From positions 5,394,001 through 5,458,000 of the forward strand of contig NW_026262582.1 of assembly GCF_021869535.1 (NCBI RefSeq): 64,000 nucleotides of DNA. The letters are read 5' to 3'. Position numbers and translations under genes: made by a program. Below the pieces are notes generated by a model that did not search any database, had not been told where the DNA came from, and saw nothing but the letters and a program-made list of their open reading frames with translations. The stretch is from Mytilus californianus. Taxonomy: Eukaryota. Of the stretch, positions 1-13,091 are shown piece after piece (positions within the stretch are counted from its first letter, which is position 1; each line of letters begins with the position of its first letter).

Positions 1-295
1 CGTAACAAACATGTCGTTAACCAACAAATCAGGCATCTTTATAATGTCAACTTTAGAGAAGTTTTTCGTTAAACGAGAGTTGTTATTTGTCCCTCCCTGG
101 TTAGATAGTGTAGAATTAATCTGTAGTCGCATCAACTTTAAACTTTTTTTAGACGTTCATTATGATATAAACTTTTTAATTTATTATGCTAGGTAAGGCT
201 TTGACTTAGATTTCACAGTTCATTGTACATGGAAATGTGATAGTGCGAGCAAAGCATGGTATCAAATGGGCACATATGCTTGTTATGTACATACA

Positions 296-485
296 TCAGG
301 CCGTTAGTTTTATCGTTTGAATTGTTTTACATTTGTCATTTCGGGGCCTTTTAAAGCTGACTATGCGGTAAGGGCTGTGCTCATTGTTGAAGGCCGTACG
401 GTGACCTATAGATGTTAATTTCTATATCATTTGGTCCCTGGTTGAGAGTTGTCTCTTTGGATATCATACCACATCTTCTAATTTT
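296..485 (-). repeat. Dispersed repeat family A copy
   Basis: Matches copies at 12095, 28310, 33809, 53775 and 57555 in this window; shared end GGCAATCATACCACATCTTCT-like. Confidence 0.8.
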
Positions 486-1244
486 GATAATGGTTTCATT
501 ATGGAAAAGGAATAAAAGATGATAGAAATATTGTTTATGTAACATGTCTTGGGAAAGGTAAAACCAACACGATTTAACATTTATAATTTCTAAACTTCTT
601 ACCTTTAAGTCTCTTTCCATTTACTTATTTAAAATTTAGTTATTATTTTCAATCTCTAAAATTCTGTTTAACTTTGAATAACTTTTTATGACTATATCCT
701 ATATATTGTACACATTGGTTCAATGTTCTGAAAGTAAATGACTGAACTATATGTATATACGTGACTTTATATAGTCTTGTATATTCTTTCTGGAGGAAGT
801 GAATAACTCTAAGTTTTCAAAACAATAATGGAAATGTTCAGTAGATGAAAACTTTAAAATGAAACCAAAAATATAGGATGTTTTATTTCTCTTTTGCAGT
901 GTTAGCAAGAACAGGGAAACTCTTTATAAGGAAATAAAAGATTTAATGTTTTTAAGTTCCTTTATTTACTTTCGTATGAGTATCTCCATTTCCTAGAAAT
1001 GACATTACTACTTTATATGAAGTTATAATTTAAAACTAAAATTTTCACTTATATTTCTTTGAAATCTTCATTGTCAAATTGTTTAGATTTTAGAGAATGG
1101 GCATTGATAGTACATACTATTTCAGCTCACAAAATACGTTTTCAGTAACAATGTTATCAGCTTCAAATTTTAGGCATAGATTAGAGTAAAACTTTACACA
1201 GGATATTTTTTGTAGTAACAACTGTTTGTGTTTGAATATTTAAA

Positions 1245-1370
1245 AATAGAGTCGAAGGGTACCAAGGGGACATTTAAAACTCAAAAATTAAAAAAAACTG
1301 TATATGCCATGGTTAAAAAAAAGAAGGTAAATGACAAAAAGACAAACAAGTCTAAAAAATTTAAAACATT
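1245..1370 (-). repeat. Dispersed family B (PLE 3' UTR-like) terminal fragment
   Basis: Degenerate match to the 14276-14503 copy (GATACCAAAGGGAC...AAACTC...GCCATGG...GACAAACA). Confidence 0.55.
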
Positions 1371-1387
1371 ACGTTTAATAATTTCAT

Positions 1388-1430
1388 GCGTCCAAAGCGC
1401 TTTTCTGGATTTACCTTCATCAGGAACGTT
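1388..1430 (-). ncRNA. Minimal type I hammerhead ribozyme motif, near intact (family H)
   Basis: Minus strand reads AACGUUC CUGAUGA AGGUAAAUCCA GAAA AGCGCUU U GGACGC. Core CUGAUGA (1423-1417) and GAAA (1405-1402) are intact; stem I is CGUUC/GGACG; stem III is palindromic AAGCGCUU. Confidence 0.7.
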
Positions 1431-1640
1431 CAAAGCCAAACATTTGAAATCCGAGAATGTATAAGTACCGAAACAGTTGAAGAGCTATATGACAAAAAAT
1501 ACCTAAAAGTAATGGCCAAATTCATCTAAGGCCAACTTTGCCTGAGGGAGTTGAAACCTTAGTTTTTTTTTTTTATTTCAAAATTTATAAACAGACAATT
1601 TTAGAAAGGTTTAAAACACATCATATACAATTAAACACCA
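1431..1640 (-). mobile_element. Body of HHR-bearing dispersed element (family H)
   Basis: Homologous to 57110-57290 (CATCTAAGGYCAACTTTGYCTGAGG...AAACCTTAGTTTT), which also abuts an HHR motif. Confidence 0.6.
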
Positions 1641-2013
1641 CGAACGCCACCAACTGGACGACTGATCTAATTTTAAAGATCTTTGCAAAGCAGAAAGAAA
1701 TAGTGTTGTCGTATCTACAATATTTGTTTTGATTACCGTTGCACATTATTAAGATGTTACTTATAACATTATTTATGTCATAATGTACACACAGTATACA
1801 GTTGTCAGAGAAATATCAAGACGGGATATGGTCCAGCTGATTATTAAGGTCACCAAATATTGTATCTGTCTCAAAATCCTTTTTGATATCACTTTGCCAT
1901 ATAAACCACATATATGTTTTTTATGAATGTTCAGTCTTAAAGTTATATATGTTGCTGCTGTAATTCTATGACATTATAAGCTGTTACAGAGACAAGTAAA
2001 GCATAAATGATAA

Positions 2014-4827
2014 TAATTGTTCTGCTGTTAATGAGGACAAAGTACTGGAATCCATCAATGGCTCTTTTACCTTCTCCAACAAGGGGACTGAGTGATATTG
2101 TGAATTCTTTGTATATAGTGACATGGTTAATTCTTGTATGCTTTACTGTTTTAGTGACATAGATAATTCTGTGTATGTTGAACTGTGTGTGTGTGATATG
2201 ATTAATTATTTGTATAGTACAGTATGTGCATAGTTAATTCTGTGTATGTTGAACTGTGTGTGTGATATGATTAATTATTTGTATAGTACAGTATGTGCAT
2301 AGTTAATTCTGTGTATGTTGAACTGTGTGTGTGATATGATTAATTATTTGTATAGTACAGTATGTGCATAGTTAATTCTGTTGATGTTGAACTGTGAGTG
2401 TGATATGATTAATTATTTGTATAGTACAGTATGTGCATAGTTAATTCTGTGGATGTTGAACTGTGTGTGTGTGATATGATTAATTATTTGTATAGTACAG
2501 TATGTGCATAGTTAATTCTGTGGATGTTTGACTGTGTGTGTGTGTGATATGATTAATTATTTGTATAGTACAGTATGTGCATAGTTAATTCTGTGGATGT
2601 TGAACTGTGTGTGTGATATGATTAATTATTTGTATAGTACAGTATGTGCATAGTTAATTCTGTGGGTGTTGAACTGTGTGTGTGATATGATTAATTATTT
2701 GTATAGTACAGTATGTGCATAGTTAATTCTGTTGATGTTGAACTGTGTGTGTGATATGATTAATTATTTGTATAGTACAGTATGTGCATAGTTAATTCTG
2801 TGGATGTTGAACTGTGTGTGTGTGATATGATTAATTATTTGTATAGTACAGTATGTGCATAGTTAATTCTGTGGATGTTGAACTGTGTGTGTGTGTGATA
2901 TGATTTATTATTTGTATAGTACAGTATGTGCATAGTTAATTCTGTGGATGTTGAACTGTGTGTGTGATATGATTAATTATTTGTATAGTACAGTATGTGC
3001 ATAGTTAATTCTGTGGATGTTGAACTGTGTGTGTGTGATATGATTAATTATTTATATAGTACAGTATGTGCATAGTTAATATTGTGGATGTTGAACTGTG
3101 TGTGTGATATGATTAATTATTTGTATAGTACAGTATGTGCATAGTTAATATTGTGGATGTTGAACTGTGTGTGTGATATGATTAATTATTTGTATAGTAC
3201 AGTATGTGCATAGTTAATTCTGTGGATGTTGAACTGTGTGTGTGATATGATTAATCATTTGTATAGTACAGTATGTGGATAGTTAATTCTGTGGATGTTG
3301 AACTGTGTTTGTGATATGATTAATCATTTGTATAGTACAGTATATGCATAGTTAATTCTGTGGATGTTGAACTGTGTGTGTGATCTGATTAATCATTTGT
3401 ATAGTACAGTATGTGCATAGTAATTGTTCTGCTGTTAATGAGGACAAAGTACTGGAATCCATCAATGGCTCTTTTACCTTCTCCAACAAGGGGACTGAGT
3501 GATATTGTGAATTCTTTGTATATAGTGACATGGTTAATTCTTGTATGCTTTACTGTTTTAGTGACATAGATAATTCTGTGTATGTTGAACTGTGTGTGTG
3601 ATATGATTAATTATTTGTATAGTACAGTATGTGCATAGTTAATTCTGTGTATGTTGAACTGTGTGTGTGATATGATTAATTATTTGTATAGTACAGTATG
3701 TGCATAGTTAATTCTGTGTATGTTGAACTGTGTGTGTGATATGATTAATTATTTGTATAGTACAGTATGTGCATAGTTAATTCTGTTGATGTTGAACTGT
3801 GTGTGTGATATGATTAATTATTTGTATAGTACAGTATGTGCATAGTTAATTCTGTGGATGTTGAACTGTGTGTGTGTGATATGATTAATTATGTGTATAG
3901 TACAGTATGTGCATAGTTAATTCTGTGGATGTTTGACTGTGTGTGTGTGTGATATGATTAATTATTTGTATAGTACAGTATGTGCATAGTTAATTCTGTG
4001 GATGTTGAACTGTGTGTGTGATATGATTAATTATTTGTATAGTACAGTATGTGCATAGTTAATTCTGTGGGTGTTGAACTGTGTGTGTGATATGATTAAT
4101 TATTTGTATAGTACAGTATGTGCATAGTTAATTCTGTTGATGTTGAACTGTGTGTGTGATATGATTAATTATTTGTATAGTACAGTATGTGCATAGTTAA
4201 TTCTGTGGATGTTGAACTGTGTGTGTGTGATATGATTAATTATTTGTATAGTACAGTATGTGCATAGTTAATTCTGTGGATGTTGAACTGTGTGTGTGTG
4301 TGATATGATTTATTATTTGTATAGTACAGTATGTGCATAGTTAATTCTGTGGATGTTGAACTGTGTGTGTGATATGATTAATTATTTGTATAGTACAGTA
4401 TGTGCATAGTTAATTCTGTGGATGTTGAACTGTGTGTGTGTGATATGATTAATTATTTATATAGTACAGTATGTGCATAGTTAATATTGTGGATGTTGAA
4501 CTGTGTGTGTGATATGATTAATTATTTGTATAGTACAGTATGTGCATAGTTAATATTGTGGATGTTGAACTGTGTGTGTGATATGATTAATTATTTGTAT
4601 AGTACAGTATGTGCATAGTTAATTCTGTGGATGTTGAACTGTGTGTGTGATATGATTAATCATTTGTATAGTACAGTATGTGGATAGTTAATTCTGTGGA
4701 TGTTGAACTGTGTTTGTGATATGATTAATCATTTGTATAGTACAGTATGTGCATAGTTAATTCTGTGGATGTTGAACTGTGTGTGTGATCTGATTAATCA
4801 TTTGTATAGTACAGTATGTGCATAGTT
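2014..4827. repeat. Tandem duplication of 1407 bp including a unique head
   Basis: Non-satellite segment TAATTGTTCTGCTGTTAATGAGG...GTGACATAG occurs at 2014 and 3421, each followed by the same order of monomer variants. Confidence 0.9.
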
Positions 4828-7800
4828 AATTCTGTGGATGTTGAACTGTGTGTGTGATCTGATTAATCATTTGTATAGTACAGTATGTGCATAGTTAATT
4901 CTGTGGATGTTGAACTGTGTGTGTGATCTGATTAATCATTTGTATAGTACAGTATGTGCATAGTTAATTCTGTGTATGTTGAACTGTGTGTGTGATATGA
5001 TTAATTATTTGTATAGTACAGTATGTGTATAGTTAATTCTGTGGATGTTGAACTGTGTGTGTGATATGATTAGTCATTTGTATAGTACAGAATGTGCATA
5101 GTTAATTCTGTGTATGTTGAACTGTGTGTGTGATATGATTAATCATTTGTATAGTACAGTATGTGCATAGTTAATTCTGTGTATGTTGAACTGTGTGTGT
5201 GTGATATGATTAATTATTTGTATAGTACAGTATGTGCATAGTTAATTCTGTGGATGTTGAACTGTGTGTGTGTGTGATATGATTTATTATTTGTATAGTA
5301 CAGTATGTGCATAGTTAATTCTGTGGATGTTGAACTGTGTGTGTGATATGATTAATTATTTGTATAGTACAGTATGTGCATAGTTAATTCTGTGGATGTT
5401 GAACTGTGTGTGTGTGATATGATTAATTATTTATATAGTACAGTATGTGCATAGTTAATATTGTGGATGTTGAACTGTGTGTGTGATATGATTAATTATT
5501 TGTATAGTACAGTATGTGCATAGTTAATATTGTGGATGTTGAACTGTGTGTGTGATATGATTAATTATTTGTATAGTACAGTATGTGCATAGTTAATTCT
5601 GTGGATGTTGAACTGTGTGTGTGATATGATTAATCATTTGTATAGTACAGTATGTGGATAGTTAATTCTGTGGATGTTGAACTGTGTTTGTGATATGATT
5701 AATCATTTGTATAGTACAGTATGTGCATAGTTAATTCTGTGGATGTTGAACTGTGTGTGTGATCTGATTAATCATTTGTATAGTACAGTATGTGCATAGT
5801 TAATTCTGTGGATGTTGAACTGTGTGTGTGATCTGATTAATCATTTGTATAGTACAGTATGTGCATAGTTAATTCTGTGGATGTTGAACTGTGTGTGTGA
5901 TCTGATTAATCATTTGTATAGTACAGTATGTGCATAGTTAATTCTGTGTATGTTGAACTGTGTGTGTGATATGATTAATTATTTGTATAGTACAGTATGT
6001 GTATAGTTAATTCTGTGGATGTTGAACTGTGTGTGTGATATGATTAGTCATTTGTATAGTACAGAATGTGCATAGTTAATTCTGTGTATGTTGAACTGTG
6101 TGTGTGATATGATTAATCATTTGTATAGTACAGTATGTGCATAGTTAATTCTGTGTATGTTGAACTGTGTGTGTGATATGATTAATTATTTGTATAGTAC
6201 AGTATGTGCATAGTTAATTCTGTTGATGTTGAACTGTGTGTGTGATATGATTAATCATTTGTATAGTACAGTATGTGCATAGTTAATTCTGTGTATGTTG
6301 AACTGTGTGTGTGATATGATTAATCATTTGTAAAGTACAGTATGTGCATAGTTAATTCTGTGTATGTTGAACTGTGTGTGTGATATGATTAATTATTTGT
6401 AAAGTACAGTATGTGCATAGTTAATTCTGTGTATGTTGAACTGTGTGTGTGATATGAGTTATTATTTGTATAGTACAGTATGTGCATAGTTATATCTGTG
6501 TATGTTGAACTGTGTGTGTGATATGATTAATTATTTGTATAGTACAGTATGTGCATAGTTAATTCTGTGTATGTTGAACTATGTGTGTGATATGATTAAT
6601 TATTTGTATAGTACAGTATGTGCATAGTTAATTCTGTGGATGTTGAACTATGTGTGTGATATGATTAATTATTTGTATAGTACAGTATGTGCATAGTTAA
6701 TTCTGTGGATGTTGAACTGTGTATGTGATATGATTAATTATTTGTATAGTACAGTATGTGCATAGTTAATTCTGTTGATGTTGAACTGTGTGTGTGATAT
6801 GATTAATTATTTGTATAGTACAGTATGTGCATAGTTAACTCTGTGGATGATGAACTGTGTGTGTGATATGATTAATTATTTGTATAGTACAGTATGTGCA
6901 TAGTTAATTCTGTGGATGTTGAACTGTGTGTGTGTGTGATATGATTAATTATTTGTATAGTACAGTATGTGCATAGTTAATTCTGTGACTGTTGAACTGT
7001 GTGTGTGATATGATCAATTATTTGTATAGTACAGTATGTGCATAATTAATTCTGTGGATGTTGAACTGTGTGTGTGATATGATTAATTATTTGTATAGTA
7101 CAGTATGTGCATAGTTAATTCTGTGGATGTTGAACTGTGTGTGTGATATGATTAATTATTTGTATAGTACAGTATGTGCATAGTTAATTCTGTTGATGTT
7201 GAACTGTGTGTGTGATATGATTAATTATTTGTATAGTACAGTATGTGCATAGTTAATATTGTGGATGTTGAACTGTGTGTGTGATATGATTAATTATTTG
7301 TATAGTACAGTATGTGCATAGTTAATTCTGTGTATGTTGAACTGTGTGTGTGATCTGATTAATCATTTGTATAGTACAGTATGTGCATAGTTCATTCTGT
7401 GGATGTTGAACTGTGTGTGTGATCTGATTAATTATTTGTATAGTACAGTATGTGCATAGTTAATTCTGTGTATGTTGAACTGTGTGTGTGATATGATTAA
7501 TTATTTGTATAGTACAGTATGTGCATAGTTAAGTCTGTGTATGTTGAACTGTGTGTGTGATATGATTAATTATTTGTATAGTACAGTATGTGTATAGTTA
7601 ATTCTGTGTATGTTGAACTGTGTGTGTGATATGATTAATTTTTTGTATAGTACAGTATGTGCATAGTTAATTCTGTGGATGTTGAACTGTGTGTGTGATA
7701 TGATTAATTATTTGTATAGTACAGTATGTGCATAGTTAATTCTGTGTATGTTGAACTGTGTGTGTGATATGATAAATTATTTGTATAGTACAGTATGTGC

Positions 7801-10800
7801 ATAGTTAATTCTGTGTATGTTGAACTGTGTGTGTGATATGATTAATTATTCGTATAGTACAGTATGTGCATAGTTAATTCTGTTGATGTTGAACTGTGTG
7901 TGTGATATGATTAATTATTTGTATAGTACAGTATGTGCATAGTTAATTCTGTGTATGTTGAACTGTGTGTGTGATATGATAAATTATTTGTATAGTACAG
8001 TATGTGCATAGTTAATTCTGTGTCTGTTGAACTGTGTGTGTGATATGATTAATTATTTGTATAGTACAGTATGTGCATAGTTAATTCTGTGTATGTTGAA
8101 CTGTGTGTGTGATATGATTAATTATTTGTATAGTACAGTATGTGTATAGTTAATTCTGTGTATGTTGAACTGTGTGTGTGATATGATTAATTTTTTGTAT
8201 AGTACAGTATGTGCATAGTTAATTCTGTGGATGTTGAACTGTGTGTGTGATATGATTAATTATTTGTATAGTACAGTATGTGCATAGTTAATTCTGTGGA
8301 TGTTGAACTGTGTGTGTGATATGATTAATCATTTGTAAAGTACAGTATGTGCATAGTTAATTCTGTGGATGTTGAACTGTGTGTGTGATATGATTAATTA
8401 TTTGTATAGTACAGTATGTGCATAGTTAATTCTGTTGATGTTGAACTGTGTGTGTGATATGATTAATTATTTGTATAGTACAATATGTGCATAGTTAATT
8501 CTGTGGATGTTGAACTGTGTGTGTGATATGATTAATTATTTGTATAGTACAGTATGTGCATAGTTAATTCTGTGGATGTTGAACTGTGTGTGTATGTGAT
8601 ATGATTTATTATTTGTATAGTACAGTATGTGCATAGTTAATTCTGTGGATGTTGAACTGTGTGTGTGATATGATTAATTATTTGTATAGTACAGTATGTG
8701 CATAGTTAATTCTGTGGATGTTGAACTGTGTGTTTGATATGATTAATTATTTGTATAGTACAGTATGTGCATAGTTAATTCTGTGGATGTTGAACTGTGT
8801 GTGTGATATGATTAATTATTTGTATAGTACAGTATGTGCATAGTTAATTCTGTTGATGTTGAACTGCGTGTGTGATATGATTAATTATTTGTATAGTACA
8901 GTATGTGCATAGTTAATTCTGTGGATGTTGAACTGTGTGTGTGATATGATTAATTATTTGTATAGTACAGTATGTGCATAGTTAATTCTGTGGATGTTGA
9001 ACTGTGTGTGTGTGTGATATGATTTATTATTTGTATAGTACAGTATGTGCATAGTTAATTCTGTGGATGTTGAACTGTGTGTGTGATATGATTAATTATT
9101 TGTATAGTACAGTATGTGCATAGTTAATTCTGTGGATGTTGAACTGTGTGTGTGATATGATTAATTATTTGTATAGTACAGTATGTGCATAGTTAATTCT
9201 GTTGATGTTGAACTGTGTGTGTGATATGATTAATTATTTGTATAGTACAGTAAGTGCATAGTTAATTCTGTGGATGTTGAACTGTGTGTGTGATATGATT
9301 AATTATTTGTATAGTACAGTATGTGCATAGTTAATTCTGTTGATGTTGAACTGTGTGTGTGATATGATTAATTATTTGTATAGTACAGTATGTGCATAGT
9401 TAATATTGTGGATGTTGAACTGTGTGTGTGATATGATTAATTATTTGTATAGTACAGTATGTGCATAGTTAATATTGTGGATGTTGAACTGTGTGTGTGA
9501 TATGATTAATTATTTGTATAGTACAGTATGTGCATAGTTAATTCTGTGGATGTTGAACTGTGTGTGTGATATGATTAATCATTTGTATAGTACAGTATGT
9601 GCAAAGTTAATTCTGTGGATGTTGAACTGTGTGTGTGATCTGATTAATCATTTGTATAGTACAGTATGTGCATAGTTAATTCTGTGGATGTTGAACTGTG
9701 TGTGTGATATGATTAATCATTTGTATAGTACAGTATGTGCATAGTTAATTCTGTGGATGTTGAACTGTGTGTGTGATATGATAAATTATTTGTATAGTAC
9801 AGTATGTGCATAGTTAATTCTGTGTATGTTGAACTGTGTGTGTGATATGATTAATTATTTGTATAGTACAGTATGTGCATAGTTAATTCTGTGTATGTTG
9901 AACTGTGTGTGTGATATGATTAATTATTTGTATAGTACAGTATGTGTATAGTTAATTCTGTGTATGTTGAACTGTGTGTGTGATATGATTAATTTTTTGT
10001 ATAGTACAGTATGTGCATAGTTAATTCTGTGGATGTTGAACTGTGTGTGTGATATGATTAATTATTTGTATAGTACAGTATGTGCATAGTTAATTCTGTG
10101 GATGCTGAACTGTGTGTGTTATATGATTAATCATTTGTAAAGTACAGTATGTGCATAGTTAATTCTGTGGATGTTGAACTGTGTGTGTGATATGATTAAT
10201 TATTTGTATAGTACAGTATGTGCATAGTTAATTCTGTTGATGTTGAACTGTGTGTGTGATATGATTAATTATTTGTATAGTACAGTATGTGCATAGTTAA
10301 TTCTGTGGATGTTGAACTGTGTGTGTGATATGATTAATTATTTGTATAGTACAGTATGTGCATAGTTAATTCTGTGGATGTTGAACTGTGTGTGTATGTG
10401 ATATGATTTATTATTTGTATAGTACAGTATGTGCATAGTTAATTCTGTGGATGTTGAACTGTGTGTGTGATATGATTAATTATTTGTATAGTACAGTATG
10501 TGCATAGTTAATTCTGTGGATGTTGAACTGTGTGTTTGATATGATTAATTATTTGTATAGTACAGTATGTGCATAGTTAATTCTGTGGATGTTGAACTGT
10601 GTGTGTGATATGATTAATTATTTGTATAGTACAGTATGTGCATAGTTAATTCTGTTGATGTTGAACTGTGTGTGTGATATGATTAATTATTTGTATAGTA
10701 CAGTATGTGCATAGTTAATTCTGTGGATGTTGAACTGTGTGTGTGATATGATTAATTATTTGTATAGTACAGTATGTGCATAGTTAATTCTGTGGATGTT

Positions 10801-11013
10801 GAACTGTGTGTGTGTGTGATATGATTTATTATTTGTATAGTACAGTATGTGCATAGTTAATTCTGTGGATGTTGAACTGTGTGTGTGATATGATTAATTA
10901 TTTGTATAGTACAGTATGTGCATAGTTAATTCTGTGGATGTTGAACTGTGTGTGTGATATGATTAATTATTTGTATAGTACAGTATGTGCATAGTTATAT
11001 ATCTGTGTATGTT
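2160..11013. repeat. 69-bp satellite array (~125 monomers) with an internal variable (TG)n
   Basis: Monomer TATGTGCATAGTTAATTCTGTGGATGTTGAACTGTGTGTGTGATATGATTAATTATTTGTATAGTACAG; period 69 (2221 to 2290), with 71/73-bp variants. Confidence 0.98.
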
Positions 11014-11398
11014 ATCTTCACTTCGAACATCACAAGTTGGTTGAACGTAATGGAATATGAGTTTCACAGATGACGACGATTACATGTATGTTTGAATCGT
11101 CGTTACCACAACCCATTCCTCCTTTTCATCGAATGTGACCTACCGAATTAAACTTATCACCGGGTTTGTACTTACATAAGCAACACGACGGGTACCACAT
11201 ATGGATCAAGATCTGCTAACCCTTCCTGATATCACCCCCTGTTTTTGTTGGGGATTGTGTTGCTCATTCTTTAGTTTTCTATGTCGTGTTGTGTATACTG
11301 GAGTTTGTCTTTTGTTCTTTTTTCATGCTATGGCGTTGTCAGTTTATTTTCGATTTATGAGTTTGAACGTCCCTTTGGTATCTTTCGCTTCTCCTTTT
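11014..11398 (+). mobile_element. 5'-truncated Penelope-like retroelement remnant (RT C-terminus + family B 3' UTR)
   Basis: Translates as SSLR..HHKLVERNGI*VSQMTT, homologous to the fragments at 19935-20090 and 56070-56415, followed by the family B UTR ending CCCTTTGGTATCTTTCGCTTCTCCTTTT. Confidence 0.7.
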
Positions 11399-11404
11399 AG
11401 TGAG

Positions 11405-11620
11405 TTATGTAATTAATTCTTTGTATATTAAACTGTATGAGTGACATAGTAAATTCCTTATGTTATACTGCGTGATTGACATATTAGTTAATTCTTGTAT
11501 GTTACACTATGTGCGAGATATAGTTAATTCTTGTTTGTTACACTGTTTGAGTAACATACTTAACTCTTGTATATAATACAGTGTGAGTGACACAATGCAC
11601 TATAAGTTAAACTGTGTGTT
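11405..11620. repeat. Degenerate ~35-36-bp tandem repeat related to the 69-bp satellite
   Basis: GTGACATAG-like motifs at 11441, 11476, 11515, 11551 and 11587, most followed by TTAATTCTTGTATGTTACACTG-like sequence. Confidence 0.75.
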
Positions 11621-12094
11621 TTTCTTTGTTCAAAGTAGCTTTTTCAATATTTTGCATAATAACTGTGATGACGCAGTCAGTTTAATACCCTCGAGGATGG
11701 TATAGAAGTTTAGAATACGATCACATTTACATGACTTTGTAAACACAACAGTTTGATTTAAAGTTTTGTTATGCATCTGATACTCGTTTAGTGAACAAAA
11801 TGAACTATATACGATTCTGTCAAAACAAAATAGTTCTGTATTTAAAACAATGTTTTGAATATTTCAGCTAATTTGATGGACAGTCTTCAATTTATTTTCT
11901 AATAGGTTGCTTTAAAGAAAATAAACATTTTAAATTGGAAAAACATAGATCATCCAAAGCAATGAACACAAAATAATTGTAAGTCATGCATTATGCTGCA
12001 AGCTTGACAAGGAATAAAAATAATATCAACTTATGTTTTCGATTTAACAAACAAGCGTATTTCTGTAATAACTACCAATATAGAAATAAGTAGA

Positions 12095-12450
12095 TATGGA
12101 GATGTGGAGATGTGGTATGATTGCCAATGAGACAACTAACCACCAGAGTTCAAATGAAGTTGATATACGCAATCACGTCACCATACGGCCTTCAACCATA
12201 AGAAGAAGAAATAACAAATCCGTATCGTTGGCTACAACATGTAAATGTAACAATTCAAACGACTAGACCAACGGTATAATTTATGACAAAACAATTAAAG
12301 TAAAACAAATATGACATACATTAACAGACGACAACAACTGAACTACAGGCTTCTGACTTTGGACATGCACATATTTTTGTGCGCTAAACCCGCGAAGAAC
12401 GCGGGACAGTCGTTGTGGTGTAAGAAAAAACTGTAAAAATCAGTTGCAAT
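12095..12450 (+). repeat. Dispersed repeat family A copy
   Basis: GAGATGTGGTATGATTGCCAATGAGACAAC...CGGCCTTCAAC...ACTGAACTACAGGCTTCTGACTT. Confidence 0.8.
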
Positions 12451-12964
12451 TTATTCAAATCAAAGGATCGGTACGAAAAAAAAAGAAACACAAACCTACG
12501 ATATAAGAATACTCGCAGTTACTGAAAGCTAGTTTAAAACCATTTACAACTGATGAATAAATTACGTTCTCTTAGACTAAATAGATATTAGAAGATGTGG
12601 TAGGAGTGCCAAGGAGACAACTCTCCATCCAAGTCACAATTTGTAAAAGTAAACCATTATAGGTCAAGTGCACTATGGAGCAAAGGATTTGGAAAAGGCA
12701 AATATGAAGTATATTATGGAGGCTCAATATAAACAATCGCCTGAACATCCTCATTCAGGAAATGACATTTTATAATTTTTTTTATAAAATATCATCTTGA
12801 ATTTGTTTGAGAAAACGAGTAGAAAAATCCTTTACATGATGTAACCCTGTCGATGGTCTTGCTCCACGTCAGTTTGTTTAATTTAGCTTTAATTTGTTAC
12901 CTTGATTTGGTAATCAACTAAGGAGATTTCTACACTACTGTTGCCTAAAAGTGTATCTTTTATA

Positions 12965-13091
12965 AAAGAGAGGCGTGAAAAATAAAAGGGATATTGAAAC
13001 TTATAAGTCGAAGACAAACTGACAAATTAAGGTAAAAACATAACAACCAAAACAACAAAACACATCATAGAACATTAAACACTAAGCAACA
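12965..13091 (-). repeat. Family B fragment leading into the 22-bp minisatellite
   Basis: Aligns with the 14276-14430 copy up to CTAAGCAACAC. Confidence 0.6.

Noticed and set aside
381-620. 79-aa ORF and the similar ORFs 28437-28631, 26090-26410 and 11201-11416
   Set aside because: They are translations of dispersed repeat families A and B.
2014-2110. Duplicated unique head as a coding exon
   Set aside because: Short open frames exist on both strands but there are no convincing splice sites or recognisable peptide.
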